64,000 nucleotides of DNA from assembly GCA_001820875.1 (NCBI GenBank), contig MHRF01000010.1:3371-67370 (forward strand), written 5' to 3'. Source of the stretch: Candidatus Taylorbacteria bacterium RIFCSPHIGHO2_01_FULL_46_22b. GTDB taxonomy: Bacteria; Patescibacteriota; Minisyncoccia; Phycocordibacterales; DSPV01. Below the pieces are notes generated by a model that made no database searches, was not told the origin of the DNA, and saw only the letters and a list, made by a program, of their open reading frames with translations. Positions 30,189-39,053 of this stretch are shown here, in pieces (the first letter of the stretch is position 1; each line of letters begins with the position of its first letter). The position numbers were made by a program, and so were the translations under genes.

Positions 30189-31505
30189 ATGGATGTTATC
30201 AAAGGCCGAGTCATCAAAGGTGAGAACAAAGGTCGGTTGCTCGGATTTCCAACTGCCAATATTAAAATCTCCGAGGCAATTTCCGTCGAAACCGGAATTT
30301 ATGCTGGATACACTAAACTTAACGGTAAATCATACCAATCGGCTTTGTATATAAGGGGGGATAGAATACTAGAAGCTTTCATTTTGGATTTTTCAGGTGA
30401 TTTGTACGACCAAGAAGCGGAAGTGACGATACATAAAAAAATCAGGGAAAGATTGGAATTCAAAAATGATCAAGAGGCAAAAAGACAGATTGCAAAGGAT
30501 GTCTCGTATATTCAGGATTATTTCAAAAGTTTCGATACAAGAGAATCCAAAGAGAAACCGGGACATATGAAAAAATATTCTGCAACACTTAGAAAATGGT
30601 CTCCGTTTTTGGTTTTGCTAGCAGCAATGCTTTGGGCTTCCGATGCCCCTTTTCGATTACATCTCACCAAAGAATTAAGTAGTAATTTCATTGTGCTAGC
30701 TGAACATTTTGTCGATGTGTTATTCGTCTTGCCAATATTACTTTTTAATCTTTCGGGGCTCAAGAAACTCACCTACAAAGAGTGGTTAGCGATTCTTTTT
30801 ATCGCGATCGGTGGCAGTGCTCTGGCCTCGATTTCTTTTACCCAAGCTTTTCATTATCTTAATCCTTCAGTAGCCATCTTACTTCAAAAACTTCAGCCAT
30901 TTATCGCGATCGGTCTTGCTGGTGTTTTTTTAAAAGAGCGTTTCGGCCGACACTTCTGGCTTTGGACGGCGATTGCAATTTTTGGTGCTTACCTAATTTC
31001 GTTCCCAACGCTCATTCCGAAAACATATGCGGATGAAGCTTTTAATTTCAACCTCATTGGGATCTCGCTTGCTTTAGTAGCCGCTTTTTTCTGGGGCGCA
31101 TCCACAGTTTTCGGCAAATACGTGCTTAATAAAACCAATTTCAAAGTAATGACCTCGCTCCGTTTTATCGTTGCTTTTATCTTTTTGATTTTTCTAAATA
31201 TTGCCCAAAATTCTTTTCCGAAATTCTCAAGCATCACCAAAACTGACCTGTTGTTTATATTTATAATCGCCATCACTTCAGGCGTAATATCAATGTTCAT
31301 CTATTATCAAGGACTTGAGTATACTCGAGCTTCCGTTGCCACAATTGCCGAATTGGGTTTCCCGATCGCTGCAATCTTGGTAAATTGGTTGTTCATCAGC
31401 GGTGCGCTTTCATTGGTACAGCTTCTAGGTGTTTTGATTATACTCGGGGCAGTCTTTGGTCTCACCAAACACATCAACAAGCCAGAGATAATTCTGCAGA
31501 AATAG
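30189..31505 (+). CDS. Riboflavin kinase domain fused to an EamA/DMT transporter
   Basis: GRVIKGENKGRLLGFPTAN, GIYAG, LEAFILDFSGDLY in frame with an about 10-TM double EamA (SVAILLQKLQP, LKER, GLEYTRASVAT). Confidence 0.88.
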   Translation: MDVIKGRVIKGENKGRLLGFPTANIKISEAISVETGIYAGYTKLNGKSYQSALYIRGDRILEAFILDFSGDLYDQEAEVTIHKKIRERLEFKNDQEAKRQIAKDVSYIQDYFKSFDTRESKEKPGHMKKYSATLRKWSPFLVLLAAMLWASDAPFRLHLTKELSSNFIVLAEHFVDVLFVLPILLFNLSGLKKLTYKEWLAILFIAIGGSALASISFTQAFHYLNPSVAILLQKLQPFIAIGLAGVFLKERFGRHFWLWTAIAIFGAYLISFPTLIPKTYADEAFNFNLIGISLALVAAFFWGASTVFGKYVLNKTNFKVMTSLRFIVAFIFLIFLNIAQNSFPKFSSITKTDLLFIFIIAITSGVISMFIYYQGLEYTRASVATIAELGFPIAAILVNWLFISGALSLVQLLGVLIILGAVFGLTKHINKPEIILQK

Positions 31506-31594
31506 GTTAGTGGCAAATTTCATTCAACGCCTCTTGAAAGCAAGGTGAAAAAATCTCGTCATTCTGTGCTCGGATATCACTTTTATATATGGGG

Positions 31595-31621
31595 AGACCT
31601 CGCATATACTGCGAGGTCTTT
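31595..31621. terminator. Terminator
   Basis: AGACCTCGCA-TATAC-TGCGAGGTCT. Confidence 0.7.
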
Positions 31622-31629
31622 GCTTCACA

Positions 31630-32016
31630 TCAGGCAAATTCTGGAATCAAAGAGGGGTACGGAGACTGAACCGGTTCGGGTTGAGTAGGGCGCCATTTGG
31701 ACGGCCGGCGAAACTCATACAGCTTTATCTGGTCTGGCAAATCTTCTGTCTCTTCTGACTTAACTTCTTCATTGCTGGGTCGTTTTTCGACTAAATGATT
31801 TGCCTCAAGCCACATGAACGCAGCAAGCATCTTTGAACTGTCGATTGGACAGCCCTTCAGCTTCCTCATCTCATCTCGAATGTCTTCGCCTGATTTCCAA
31901 ACTGTAAAACTTACAACTTCGAGCCATTCATACGGATCCACATCCGCATGCTTTTCCGGCGGCCGAAACAAAAAGCGTAAAGCCACAAAAAAAGTGAACA
32001 GAAGAACAATCTCCAT
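31630..32016 (-). CDS. Membrane-anchored hypothetical protein (possible winged helix)
   Basis: SD GAGGAGG, ATG 32016, N-terminal TM, LEANHLVEKR; TTGACC-N17-TACTCT upstream. Confidence 0.65.
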   Translation of the reverse strand: MEIVLLFTFFVALRFLFRPPEKHADVDPYEWLEVVSFTVWKSGEDIRDEMRKLKGCPIDSSKMLAAFMWLEANHLVEKRPSNEEVKSEETEDLPDQIKLYEFRRPSKWRPTQPEPVQSPYPSLIPEFA

Positions 32017-32178
32017 AGCTACCTCCTCTGGTAAGGTGTTACTGATTTTGGGTTGGGAAACTCCCAAAAGAGTAACTCGACAGTATCCGCAGGTCAACCG
32101 GCGACCTTTGACAAAAGATTTCGATCGAGTAGCATCAGGGGAAACAACAACGTTCTTCCGCAAGGAGAAAGGGAACTC

Positions 32179-32466
32179 ATGGACCAACAATTTGATGTCA
32201 CTGTCCTCATCACTCCTCGTGGAGTGGTACTTGATCCGCCAGCAGTAGCTGTGCTGAATGCATTGAAACACTTTGAAGCTGGGAAAATTGTCACGAAAGT
32301 ACACATGGGTAGATTCATCTCTCTCACGGTTACCGCGAAGAATCCGGAAGAGGCCAAGGCACAGGTAGATCAAATGTGCCGAGACAATCGTGCGCCAACA
32401 TTGATCTATAATCCGGTGATGGAAACCTTCAGGATCGAAACAGCTGTTCCAACACCTACCAAATGA
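32179..32466 (+). CDS. purS: PurS-like protein (FGAM synthase small subunit)
   Basis: VLDPPAVAVLNAL, V..GRFISL, VDQMC...LIYNPVMETFRIE; SD AAGGAG. Confidence 0.75.
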   Translation: MDQQFDVTVLITPRGVVLDPPAVAVLNALKHFEAGKIVTKVHMGRFISLTVTAKNPEEAKAQVDQMCRDNRAPTLIYNPVMETFRIETAVPTPTK

Positions 32467-32471
32467 AAACA

Positions 32472-32497
32472 GCGCCGCCCGACTCTTCGGGCGGCGC
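32472..32497. terminator. Terminator
   Basis: GCGCCGCCCGA-CTCT-TCGGGCGGCGC. Confidence 0.75.
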
Positions 32498-32512
32498 AAC
32501 TTATTTTAAAAT

Positions 32513-33655
32513 TTAGAACGGATTCTTTGCTCCACGGATCTCAAAGTGGAGATGCGGACCAGTTGATTTGCCCGTTGATCCGAGATTCCCAACTACTTGA
32601 CCTTGCACCACTTCCTGTCCGACATACACAAATACTGCGCTTAAGTGCCCATAAAGGGTCTGTGTACCGTTGGCATGCGAGATTACCACGTAGCTTCCAT
32701 ATCCACCATTCCATCCTCCATCGCGAGCAACAATCACTTCACCTGCCGCAGACGCAAGTACTGGCGCTCCTGAATAATTTTTCAAATCTACCCCGTTATA
32801 TCCATGCAACCCTTGAGTCTTCACTCCACCGATAATAGGACGGATATAGTAGCCTTGGTAGCTCGGTCCGCCCGCGCCACGAAGATTCGAGGTAACGGGA
32901 GAAGTCGCCACAGGCGCGAGCTCGCCATCGGGAATGATGATAACAGAACCAACGGCAAGCGCAGCGCCTTCAGACAAATCGTTGTATTGCAAAACTTCAG
33001 TGACATCTGCTTTATAAAACTTAGCCACACTTACAACGGTATCTCCTTTCTTCACCGTATGCTGCACTCCGGAAATAGGCAAAATAACAAGGGTCTGCCC
33101 CGGACGAATGACCCCTCTTTGAATATCGTTGTTCCACGCAATAGTATTGACTGACACGCCAAACATCTTGGCAATTCCAGAAAGTGTATCCCCTGAACGC
33201 ACAATATAGACACTAATATGCCCGTGCGATGCACTTGAGTCTACATTCGCCAAACTTCCACTCGGACCAGTTTCAGGTAGAAGAGCTTCCTCTCCAATAA
33301 TAGTGATATCTCCTCCTCCCTGCGCCAGTATAGGGTTAGCATTCACTGCGGCTTGTAATAAAGGCATAGTCTGGGAATTTAATGCCGAAACAAGCTGTGT
33401 CTCTGTGCCAACACCACTGGAAGAAAACAAATCAGATATGAAAGAGAGGAGCCCTGCGTTTGCCAAAAAAGGAGTTGAAAGAAAGATAGCAGGTAAAATG
33501 AAACGGAACGCAAAAGCGCCTAGAAATATGGATATTTTCTCCTTCAGTCCCTTCTTTAGCCGTTTTTGGACTGTTGGGTCATTAGAGAGTCGTAAGATAA
33601 GCCTAATGTTAGCCAATAATTCGGTAAAATCAGTATTATGGCTCAACAGAGCCAT
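32513..33655 (-). CDS. LysM x2 + M23 peptidase
   Basis: YIVRSGDTLSGIA, HTVKKGDT, LHGYNGVD, TLYGHL, STGPHLHFE; start uncertain. Confidence 0.93.
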   Translation of the reverse strand: MALLSHNTDFTELLANIRLILRLSNDPTVQKRLKKGLKEKISIFLGAFAFRFILPAIFLSTPFLANAGLLSFISDLFSSSGVGTETQLVSALNSQTMPLLQAAVNANPILAQGGGDITIIGEEALLPETGPSGSLANVDSSASHGHISVYIVRSGDTLSGIAKMFGVSVNTIAWNNDIQRGVIRPGQTLVILPISGVQHTVKKGDTVVSVAKFYKADVTEVLQYNDLSEGAALAVGSVIIIPDGELAPVATSPVTSNLRGAGGPSYQGYYIRPIIGGVKTQGLHGYNGVDLKNYSGAPVLASAAGEVIVARDGGWNGGYGSYVVISHANGTQTLYGHLSAVFVYVGQEVVQGQVVGNLGSTGKSTGPHLHFEIRGAKNPF

Positions 33656-33848
33656 ATAATCATTACAGTATGTACAACCAACTTACCTACTATACTGCCA
33701 GCACACCTGAAGTCAACGCACAGGAAACTAGGGTGTGGATAGCATCCCAAATAGCTAGGTATAACAGATATAAAAAAGTCAAAATATGGCTAATAAACTA
33801 GATATTATAGTGATTGAGGGGTTGTTGTGGTATAGTCTCTGTTACTTC

Positions 33849-35765
33849 ATGGATAATTTAAACCACGAACAGGAGCAAGCAGTCAAAGCCACGGGTCCGG
33901 TTTTGGTCTTGGCAGGAGCTGGGGCAGGAAAAACACGCACTATTATTGCCCGTATCATCCATTTGATAACAAAAGGGGCTTCTCCAAAGGAGATACTCGC
34001 CATTACATTTACAAACAAAGCAGCCAAAGAGATGCGAGAACGTGTCCGACATGCACTTCTCACGCATCCGATCGCGAGCCGCGATCGCGAGGAGCCATGG
34101 GTGGGAACTTTTCATGCGCTCTGCGCGGAACTCCTGCGTAAGCATGGAGAACTCTTGAGCATAAAGAGACACTTCTCCATTTATAACCGAGGTGATTCTC
34201 GGCAAACTATCAAACACGCGATGGAAGAGATGGGCATTGACCCCAAACAGTTTGATCCGGCGCGAATGTTATCAGCTATTTCGCGCGAGAAGGGAAACCT
34301 CTCTACTCCGGAAAAACTCAAGGGGAATGGGCAGGGAGATAGAGGGCCAGTCTTGATTGCACGTATTTGGGAACGATACGACGCGCTGTTGGCAAAAGAT
34401 CAGGCACTTGATTTTGATGACATACTACAAAAAGCAGTAGTGTTGCTTGAACGGCATCCTGAAATACTCGCGCACTACCAGAAACAATGGAAATTCATCC
34501 ATGTGGATGAATATCAGGATACCAACCGTGCACAGTATGCCCTCATCGAGCTGCTTGCACGTGAACATAAAAATTTGTTTGTGGTGGGCGATGTTGATCA
34601 AACAATTTACACGTGGCGCGGAGCATACATACAAAATCTTCTCAAATTTGAGAAATCATATCCGGGGACAACAGTAGTACTCCTTGAAGACAACTATCGT
34701 TCGACAAAAACCATTATCGAAGCGGCAAATGCAGTCATAAAAAAGAATACGATCCGATACGACAAGACACTGCGCACACAAAATCCTCAAGGAGAGCCGA
34801 TCGGTGTATATGCCGCGTATGACGAAAATGACGAAGCTCTATTTGTCGCTGAAAAATCGCGGGAGCTCATCAATCGGGGAGTGTCCGCAGGGTCGATCGC
34901 GGTGCTATATCGGGCTAATTTTCAATCACGTGTTCTTGAACAAGCGTTTCTAGAACACAATATCCCGTACCAAGTCCTCGGAACTCGATTCTTTGAACGC
35001 AAAGAAGTAAAAGATGTGCTTGCATTCATTCGACTCGCACTCAATCCTGACAGCAGCGGGGATTTAAGGAGAATTATCAATGTGCCGGCGCGTGGAATTG
35101 GCAAACTCACCATCCTGAAAATCCTTGCAGGAAAAGAAGCCGATCTGCCGGCAGGGATGCATAAAAAAATTGCTGACTTTCGAAATTTACTTGAACGCAT
35201 CAAAGTTGTGGCACTTTCAAAAAAGCCATCCGAAACGATAAAATTTGTGATCAGAGAATCGGGACTGGAGACCCTTTTTGCAAGCAAACATGAAGAAGAT
35301 GTCGAACGACTTGAAAACATACGAGAACTCGCCACTGTGGCCACTTCGTATGATCAACTTTCTCCGCAGGAAGGAATTGAAAAGTTGCTCGCCGACGTCT
35401 CACTTGCAAGTGAGCAAGACGAACTTTCGGAGAATCGGGAAGCGGTGCGCCTGATGACCGTGCATGCCGCCAAAGGTCTTGAATTCAATTCTGTATTCAT
35501 CACTGGACTCGAACAAGATCTCTTCCCGCACCTGCGTATGATAGAGTCGCAAACACCTGAAGAAGCCGAGGAAGAGCGCCGACTTTTTTATGTCGCTATC
35601 ACTCGCGCGCGCACCAAAGTATTTCTTACCTACGCAAACATAAGAACTACTTTCGGAAATCGACATACCAACCTCCCGTCTGAATTTCTCTCCGATATCG
35701 AGGAAACCGCGTGGCAAAATGAGACTCCGCCAAGCCAGTCGCCCAAAACGATTTTCTTCGACTAA
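33849..35765 (+). CDS. uvrD: UvrD/PcrA helicase
   Basis: AGAGAGKT, ITFTNKAA, VDEYQD, NYRST, MTVHAAKGLEF, EERRLFYVAITRA. Confidence 0.96.
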   Translation: MDNLNHEQEQAVKATGPVLVLAGAGAGKTRTIIARIIHLITKGASPKEILAITFTNKAAKEMRERVRHALLTHPIASRDREEPWVGTFHALCAELLRKHGELLSIKRHFSIYNRGDSRQTIKHAMEEMGIDPKQFDPARMLSAISREKGNLSTPEKLKGNGQGDRGPVLIARIWERYDALLAKDQALDFDDILQKAVVLLERHPEILAHYQKQWKFIHVDEYQDTNRAQYALIELLAREHKNLFVVGDVDQTIYTWRGAYIQNLLKFEKSYPGTTVVLLEDNYRSTKTIIEAANAVIKKNTIRYDKTLRTQNPQGEPIGVYAAYDENDEALFVAEKSRELINRGVSAGSIAVLYRANFQSRVLEQAFLEHNIPYQVLGTRFFERKEVKDVLAFIRLALNPDSSGDLRRIINVPARGIGKLTILKILAGKEADLPAGMHKKIADFRNLLERIKVVALSKKPSETIKFVIRESGLETLFASKHEEDVERLENIRELATVATSYDQLSPQEGIEKLLADVSLASEQDELSENREAVRLMTVHAAKGLEFNSVFITGLEQDLFPHLRMIESQTPEEAEEERRLFYVAITRARTKVFLTYANIRTTFGNRHTNLPSEFLSDIEETAWQNETPPSQSPKTIFFD

Positions 35766-35812
35766 GAAAGTGGGTACTTTCCACCGGCCGGAAAATAAGT
35801 ATGCTTACGGAT

Positions 35813-36601
35813 ATGGCACTGTATGCGCAAAAAAGCCTCGGTCAGAACTTCCTCAAATCAAAGTGGGTTATTGACCTTATGGTGGAGGCGGGCAAAATTG
35901 ACTCGCATGACATTATTGTAGAGGCGGGCCCTGGGAAGGGAATCTTGACCGAGGGACTTCTTGCCTGCACGCGCCAAGTGATTGCAATTGAAAAAGATCC
36001 CCGCTTGATATTATTCAATCAGTTAAAATTCAAAAATGAAATCGCGGCTGGCGCACTCAAACTTATCGAGGGAGACGTGATGGAATTTGATCCCGCAAGC
36101 GAAGAACTACAGGCAGGCGGATATAAAGTTATTGCCAATATTCCGTATTATCTTACTGGCCACTTCCTACGATATTTTTTGTCGCATCAAACACCACCAT
36201 CGCGGATGGTACTCCTTCTACAGAGGGAAGTCGTAGATCGCATCATGGCACGCGATGGAAAAGAAAGCATGCTTTCGATCGCGGTCAAAGTGTTCGGCAC
36301 GCCAAAATATATTGAGAAAGTCCCAAGAGAAATGTTCTCTCCGAAACCACGGGTAGATTCGGCTGTGCTGTTAATAGAAAATATCACCAAAGATTCGTTC
36401 AAGCATATTGATGCGAATCATTTCTTCGCCGTGTTGCGCGCAGGATTTGCTCAAAAAAGAAAAAAATTACTTAATAATCTGTCTGCAATCGCGCCAAAAG
36501 AATCAGTAACGGAGATATTCAAAAAACTTTCGTTGTCTGAAAATGTGCGGGCAGAAGAACTCCCTGTCTCCAAGTGGAAACAGCTCGCGCAAGTGCTCTA
36601 A
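35813..36601 (+). CDS. rsmA: 16S rRNA dimethyladenosine transferase
   Basis: KSLGQNFL, EAGPGKG, ANIPYY, FSPKPRVDS. Confidence 0.96.
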   Translation: MALYAQKSLGQNFLKSKWVIDLMVEAGKIDSHDIIVEAGPGKGILTEGLLACTRQVIAIEKDPRLILFNQLKFKNEIAAGALKLIEGDVMEFDPASEELQAGGYKVIANIPYYLTGHFLRYFLSHQTPPSRMVLLLQREVVDRIMARDGKESMLSIAVKVFGTPKYIEKVPREMFSPKPRVDSAVLLIENITKDSFKHIDANHFFAVLRAGFAQKRKKLLNNLSAIAPKESVTEIFKKLSLSENVRAEELPVSKWKQLAQVL

Positions 36602-36613
36602 AGAATTCAGAGA

Positions 36614-37819
36614 TTACGTACTGCAGCCAAAGAGAGGAGCAATAGGAAGGTTGAAAGTCAGAGAAATGCAGGTTATGCCCGCGTACATCATGCAAGTGCC
36701 TGCACTGGTAATGTATTGCCCCAACCAACCTCCCGCACCACGACAAGAATTTGCTGCCGGTAGCATCCCCGGTTGCCATACCATGAACCCAACTGGTGTA
36801 TTGAAAGTCACCATTGCGCCACTACAGGTGCACACCATTGCCAATGTGTAAAAACCCCCACTCGACATCTGTGCATTGGCAACTGGAACAATCCCCTCCA
36901 ATAAAGACACTACGTGACTTCCCCATGACGAGAACAGCGGGGCAGAGGGGTTCACTGCAGTATCGAAAGGAAACTTCCGCGTACCATGCAAAAGCGCAGT
37001 CTGTGACGATCCGGTTCCATTCGCATTTTTTACCGTTACCCAGAAGAAGTGATACAGAGAATCATCCGTAAGACTTTTGTTGTTGGCGAGTATATCTCGA
37101 AACTCTCCTTCGTTCCTGATCCCTTTATATGGAGTAACCACATCTTCTAAGGTGAGCCCCTTTGCTTTTATTTGAGCTTCTGCTTCTAATCCTAGGTTGT
37201 TCGGCAACACACGGATCTCTGAAGCAGTCATAGTCTGAACTATAGGGGGTGTATAGACAAACGTTATAGTTTTTCCGTCAATGGAAGGGAGGTTGTTAAA
37301 CTCCTGTGTTATTGGCCCATCTCCAAGTATTACGGTATTTCCGCTTGATGAGAAATTAGCACCCGTGATGGTAATTGTCTCTCCACGCTGTGCACGTGTA
37401 GGAGAAACCGAGTAGACAACTGGATTGGTACTCACTTTTTTTGCCGGTATTGAAGAAGTCTCTTGCTGCACCGGCCCCATAGCGAGTCTGGTCAATTTGG
37501 CTCGCGTCATCGCACCAACATATCCGGTAGGCGCGAAAAGGCCCGCGGGGTAGAGAACTTCCGTCCGATACTTATACTGAAACTTAACCACCGCCGCTTT
37601 GGTCAAGCTCCCAAAATAGTCACTCTCAAATCCGGGTGATCCTGCACCTGAAACGCCAATCCTCGTATCAGAATCAACATTAAGCAGTTTCTGTAGTGCG
37701 GTCACATCAGAACCTCGATCACCAAGTTTTAAATCTCTCGTGAGAGATACTGTATCTGCAGACGCCACAGAAGCTGAGAGACATATTGCTATCAAACAAG
37801 TGGAGAATAAACGTTTCAT
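36614..37819 (-). CDS. Secreted protein: peptidoglycan-binding + IPT/TIG + Cys-rich C-terminal domain
   Basis: LTRDLKLGDRGSDVTALQK, YFGSLTKAAVVKFQ, TGYVGAMTRAKL, ITITGANF, CTC. Confidence 0.85.
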   Translation of the reverse strand: MKRLFSTCLIAICLSASVASADTVSLTRDLKLGDRGSDVTALQKLLNVDSDTRIGVSGAGSPGFESDYFGSLTKAAVVKFQYKYRTEVLYPAGLFAPTGYVGAMTRAKLTRLAMGPVQQETSSIPAKKVSTNPVVYSVSPTRAQRGETITITGANFSSSGNTVILGDGPITQEFNNLPSIDGKTITFVYTPPIVQTMTASEIRVLPNNLGLEAEAQIKAKGLTLEDVVTPYKGIRNEGEFRDILANNKSLTDDSLYHFFWVTVKNANGTGSSQTALLHGTRKFPFDTAVNPSAPLFSSWGSHVVSLLEGIVPVANAQMSSGGFYTLAMVCTCSGAMVTFNTPVGFMVWQPGMLPAANSCRGAGGWLGQYITSAGTCMMYAGITCISLTFNLPIAPLFGCST

Positions 37820-37877
37820 TGAGTTTATTTTAACATACCACAAGACCCAATGACAAAAATCTTGCTATACTATCCCC

Positions 37878-38810
37878 ATGACACCCTCGAAGAAAAAAAC
37901 ACTTATTTTTCTTGTTGCGGCATTGGTAGTACTCGTACTTGGATACTTTTTAGTGTCATATCTTGGACGACCTATTAGCTATTCATCAGATACTGATCAA
38001 CTAAGTGTAAATGCAGGCAACGGACCACAAAACAATCTCACACAAGATTCAGACAGCGATGGTCTCCCTAATTGGGAAGAAGCGCTATGGAAAACTGATA
38101 GCAATAATCCTGACACAGACGGCGACGGGACATCGGATGGTGAAGAAGTAAACACCAACCGCGATCCGCTAGTAAAAGGGCCGCAAGATACACAAGTACG
38201 GTCAGAAACTGTGCCCGATACACAGGGCCCAACTGCTACTCAAAAACTTACCAACGATATCCTCTTGACCTACACTAAATTAAAGCAGAGTAGCGCGGAC
38301 GAAGAGACTCAAATAAATGCTCTGCAAGAATTGGTAGAGAAAAATCAGTTCCCGATTACTGCAAAGACATACGCCACAAAAGATTTCACCACCGTTACAG
38401 AAAACTACTCGTCCATACAAAACTACGCAAAGGACATTAGCACAACCATCACCACACTCAATCTCTCAAGCACAGAAAATGAGCTTTCGGTCTTGCAAAC
38501 GTCACTTGAAAACAACTCTGCGACAGGAATCATCTCGCTTACTACCACCGCAAACCGCTACCGTACCGCAGTAAAACAGCTTCTCGCCATGCCCGTACCG
38601 ACCGGAGCACTAGCCATCCACACAGATATTACAAACGATATGGCTCTGATGGGGGAAACAGTGAGCGCTATGAGTAATTTATATACGGATCCACTTATTT
38701 CTCTTTCAGCACTCAAACAATATCAACCCACCGCACTACGCATCGCAAACAACATGAACGCCTTGTTTGCCTACTTCAAGGCAAGTCAGACGAAATTCAC
38801 AGCACCCTAG
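37878..38810 (+). CDS. Membrane-anchored protein with DxDxDG (thrombospondin type 3-like) repeats
   Basis: DSDSDGLPNWEE, DTDGDGTSDGEEV. Confidence 0.85.
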   Translation: MTPSKKKTLIFLVAALVVLVLGYFLVSYLGRPISYSSDTDQLSVNAGNGPQNNLTQDSDSDGLPNWEEALWKTDSNNPDTDGDGTSDGEEVNTNRDPLVKGPQDTQVRSETVPDTQGPTATQKLTNDILLTYTKLKQSSADEETQINALQELVEKNQFPITAKTYATKDFTTVTENYSSIQNYAKDISTTITTLNLSSTENELSVLQTSLENNSATGIISLTTTANRYRTAVKQLLAMPVPTGALAIHTDITNDMALMGETVSAMSNLYTDPLISLSALKQYQPTALRIANNMNALFAYFKASQTKFTAP

Positions 38811-38864
38811 TAAACCCCCTGATATATCTAAAACCAATAAATAAGGTCCGGCAGTGGGGTTTAT

Positions 38865-38959
38865 TTGAGAACCTCTCGGTTCTCAACACTCGTCCGTACA
38901 TTGGCGGACTCTTTGCTCTCCTCCACGGGGAAACTCCCGTTTCCCCGACCCCTTTCCCC
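38865..38959 (-). repeat. Second copy of the structured core found after hppA
   Basis: Minus strand GGGGAAAGGGGTCGGGGAAACGGGAGTTTCCCCGTG..GGAGAGCA..GTTGAGAACC..GGTTCTCAA; flanked by two inverted repeats. Confidence 0.85.
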
Positions 38960-39053
38960 TCACACCACGCTCCTTTCATTGATTAGATAAAAAATTATCG
39001 GTGGTGTGAGTAAATCACATAGTAGTGCGTTGGTGCTTGAGGTATAATAACCA

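Noticed and set aside
32017-32499. 289-aa version of ORF 31630..32499
   Set aside because: Upstream half is antisense to purS; SD and promoter support ATG 32016
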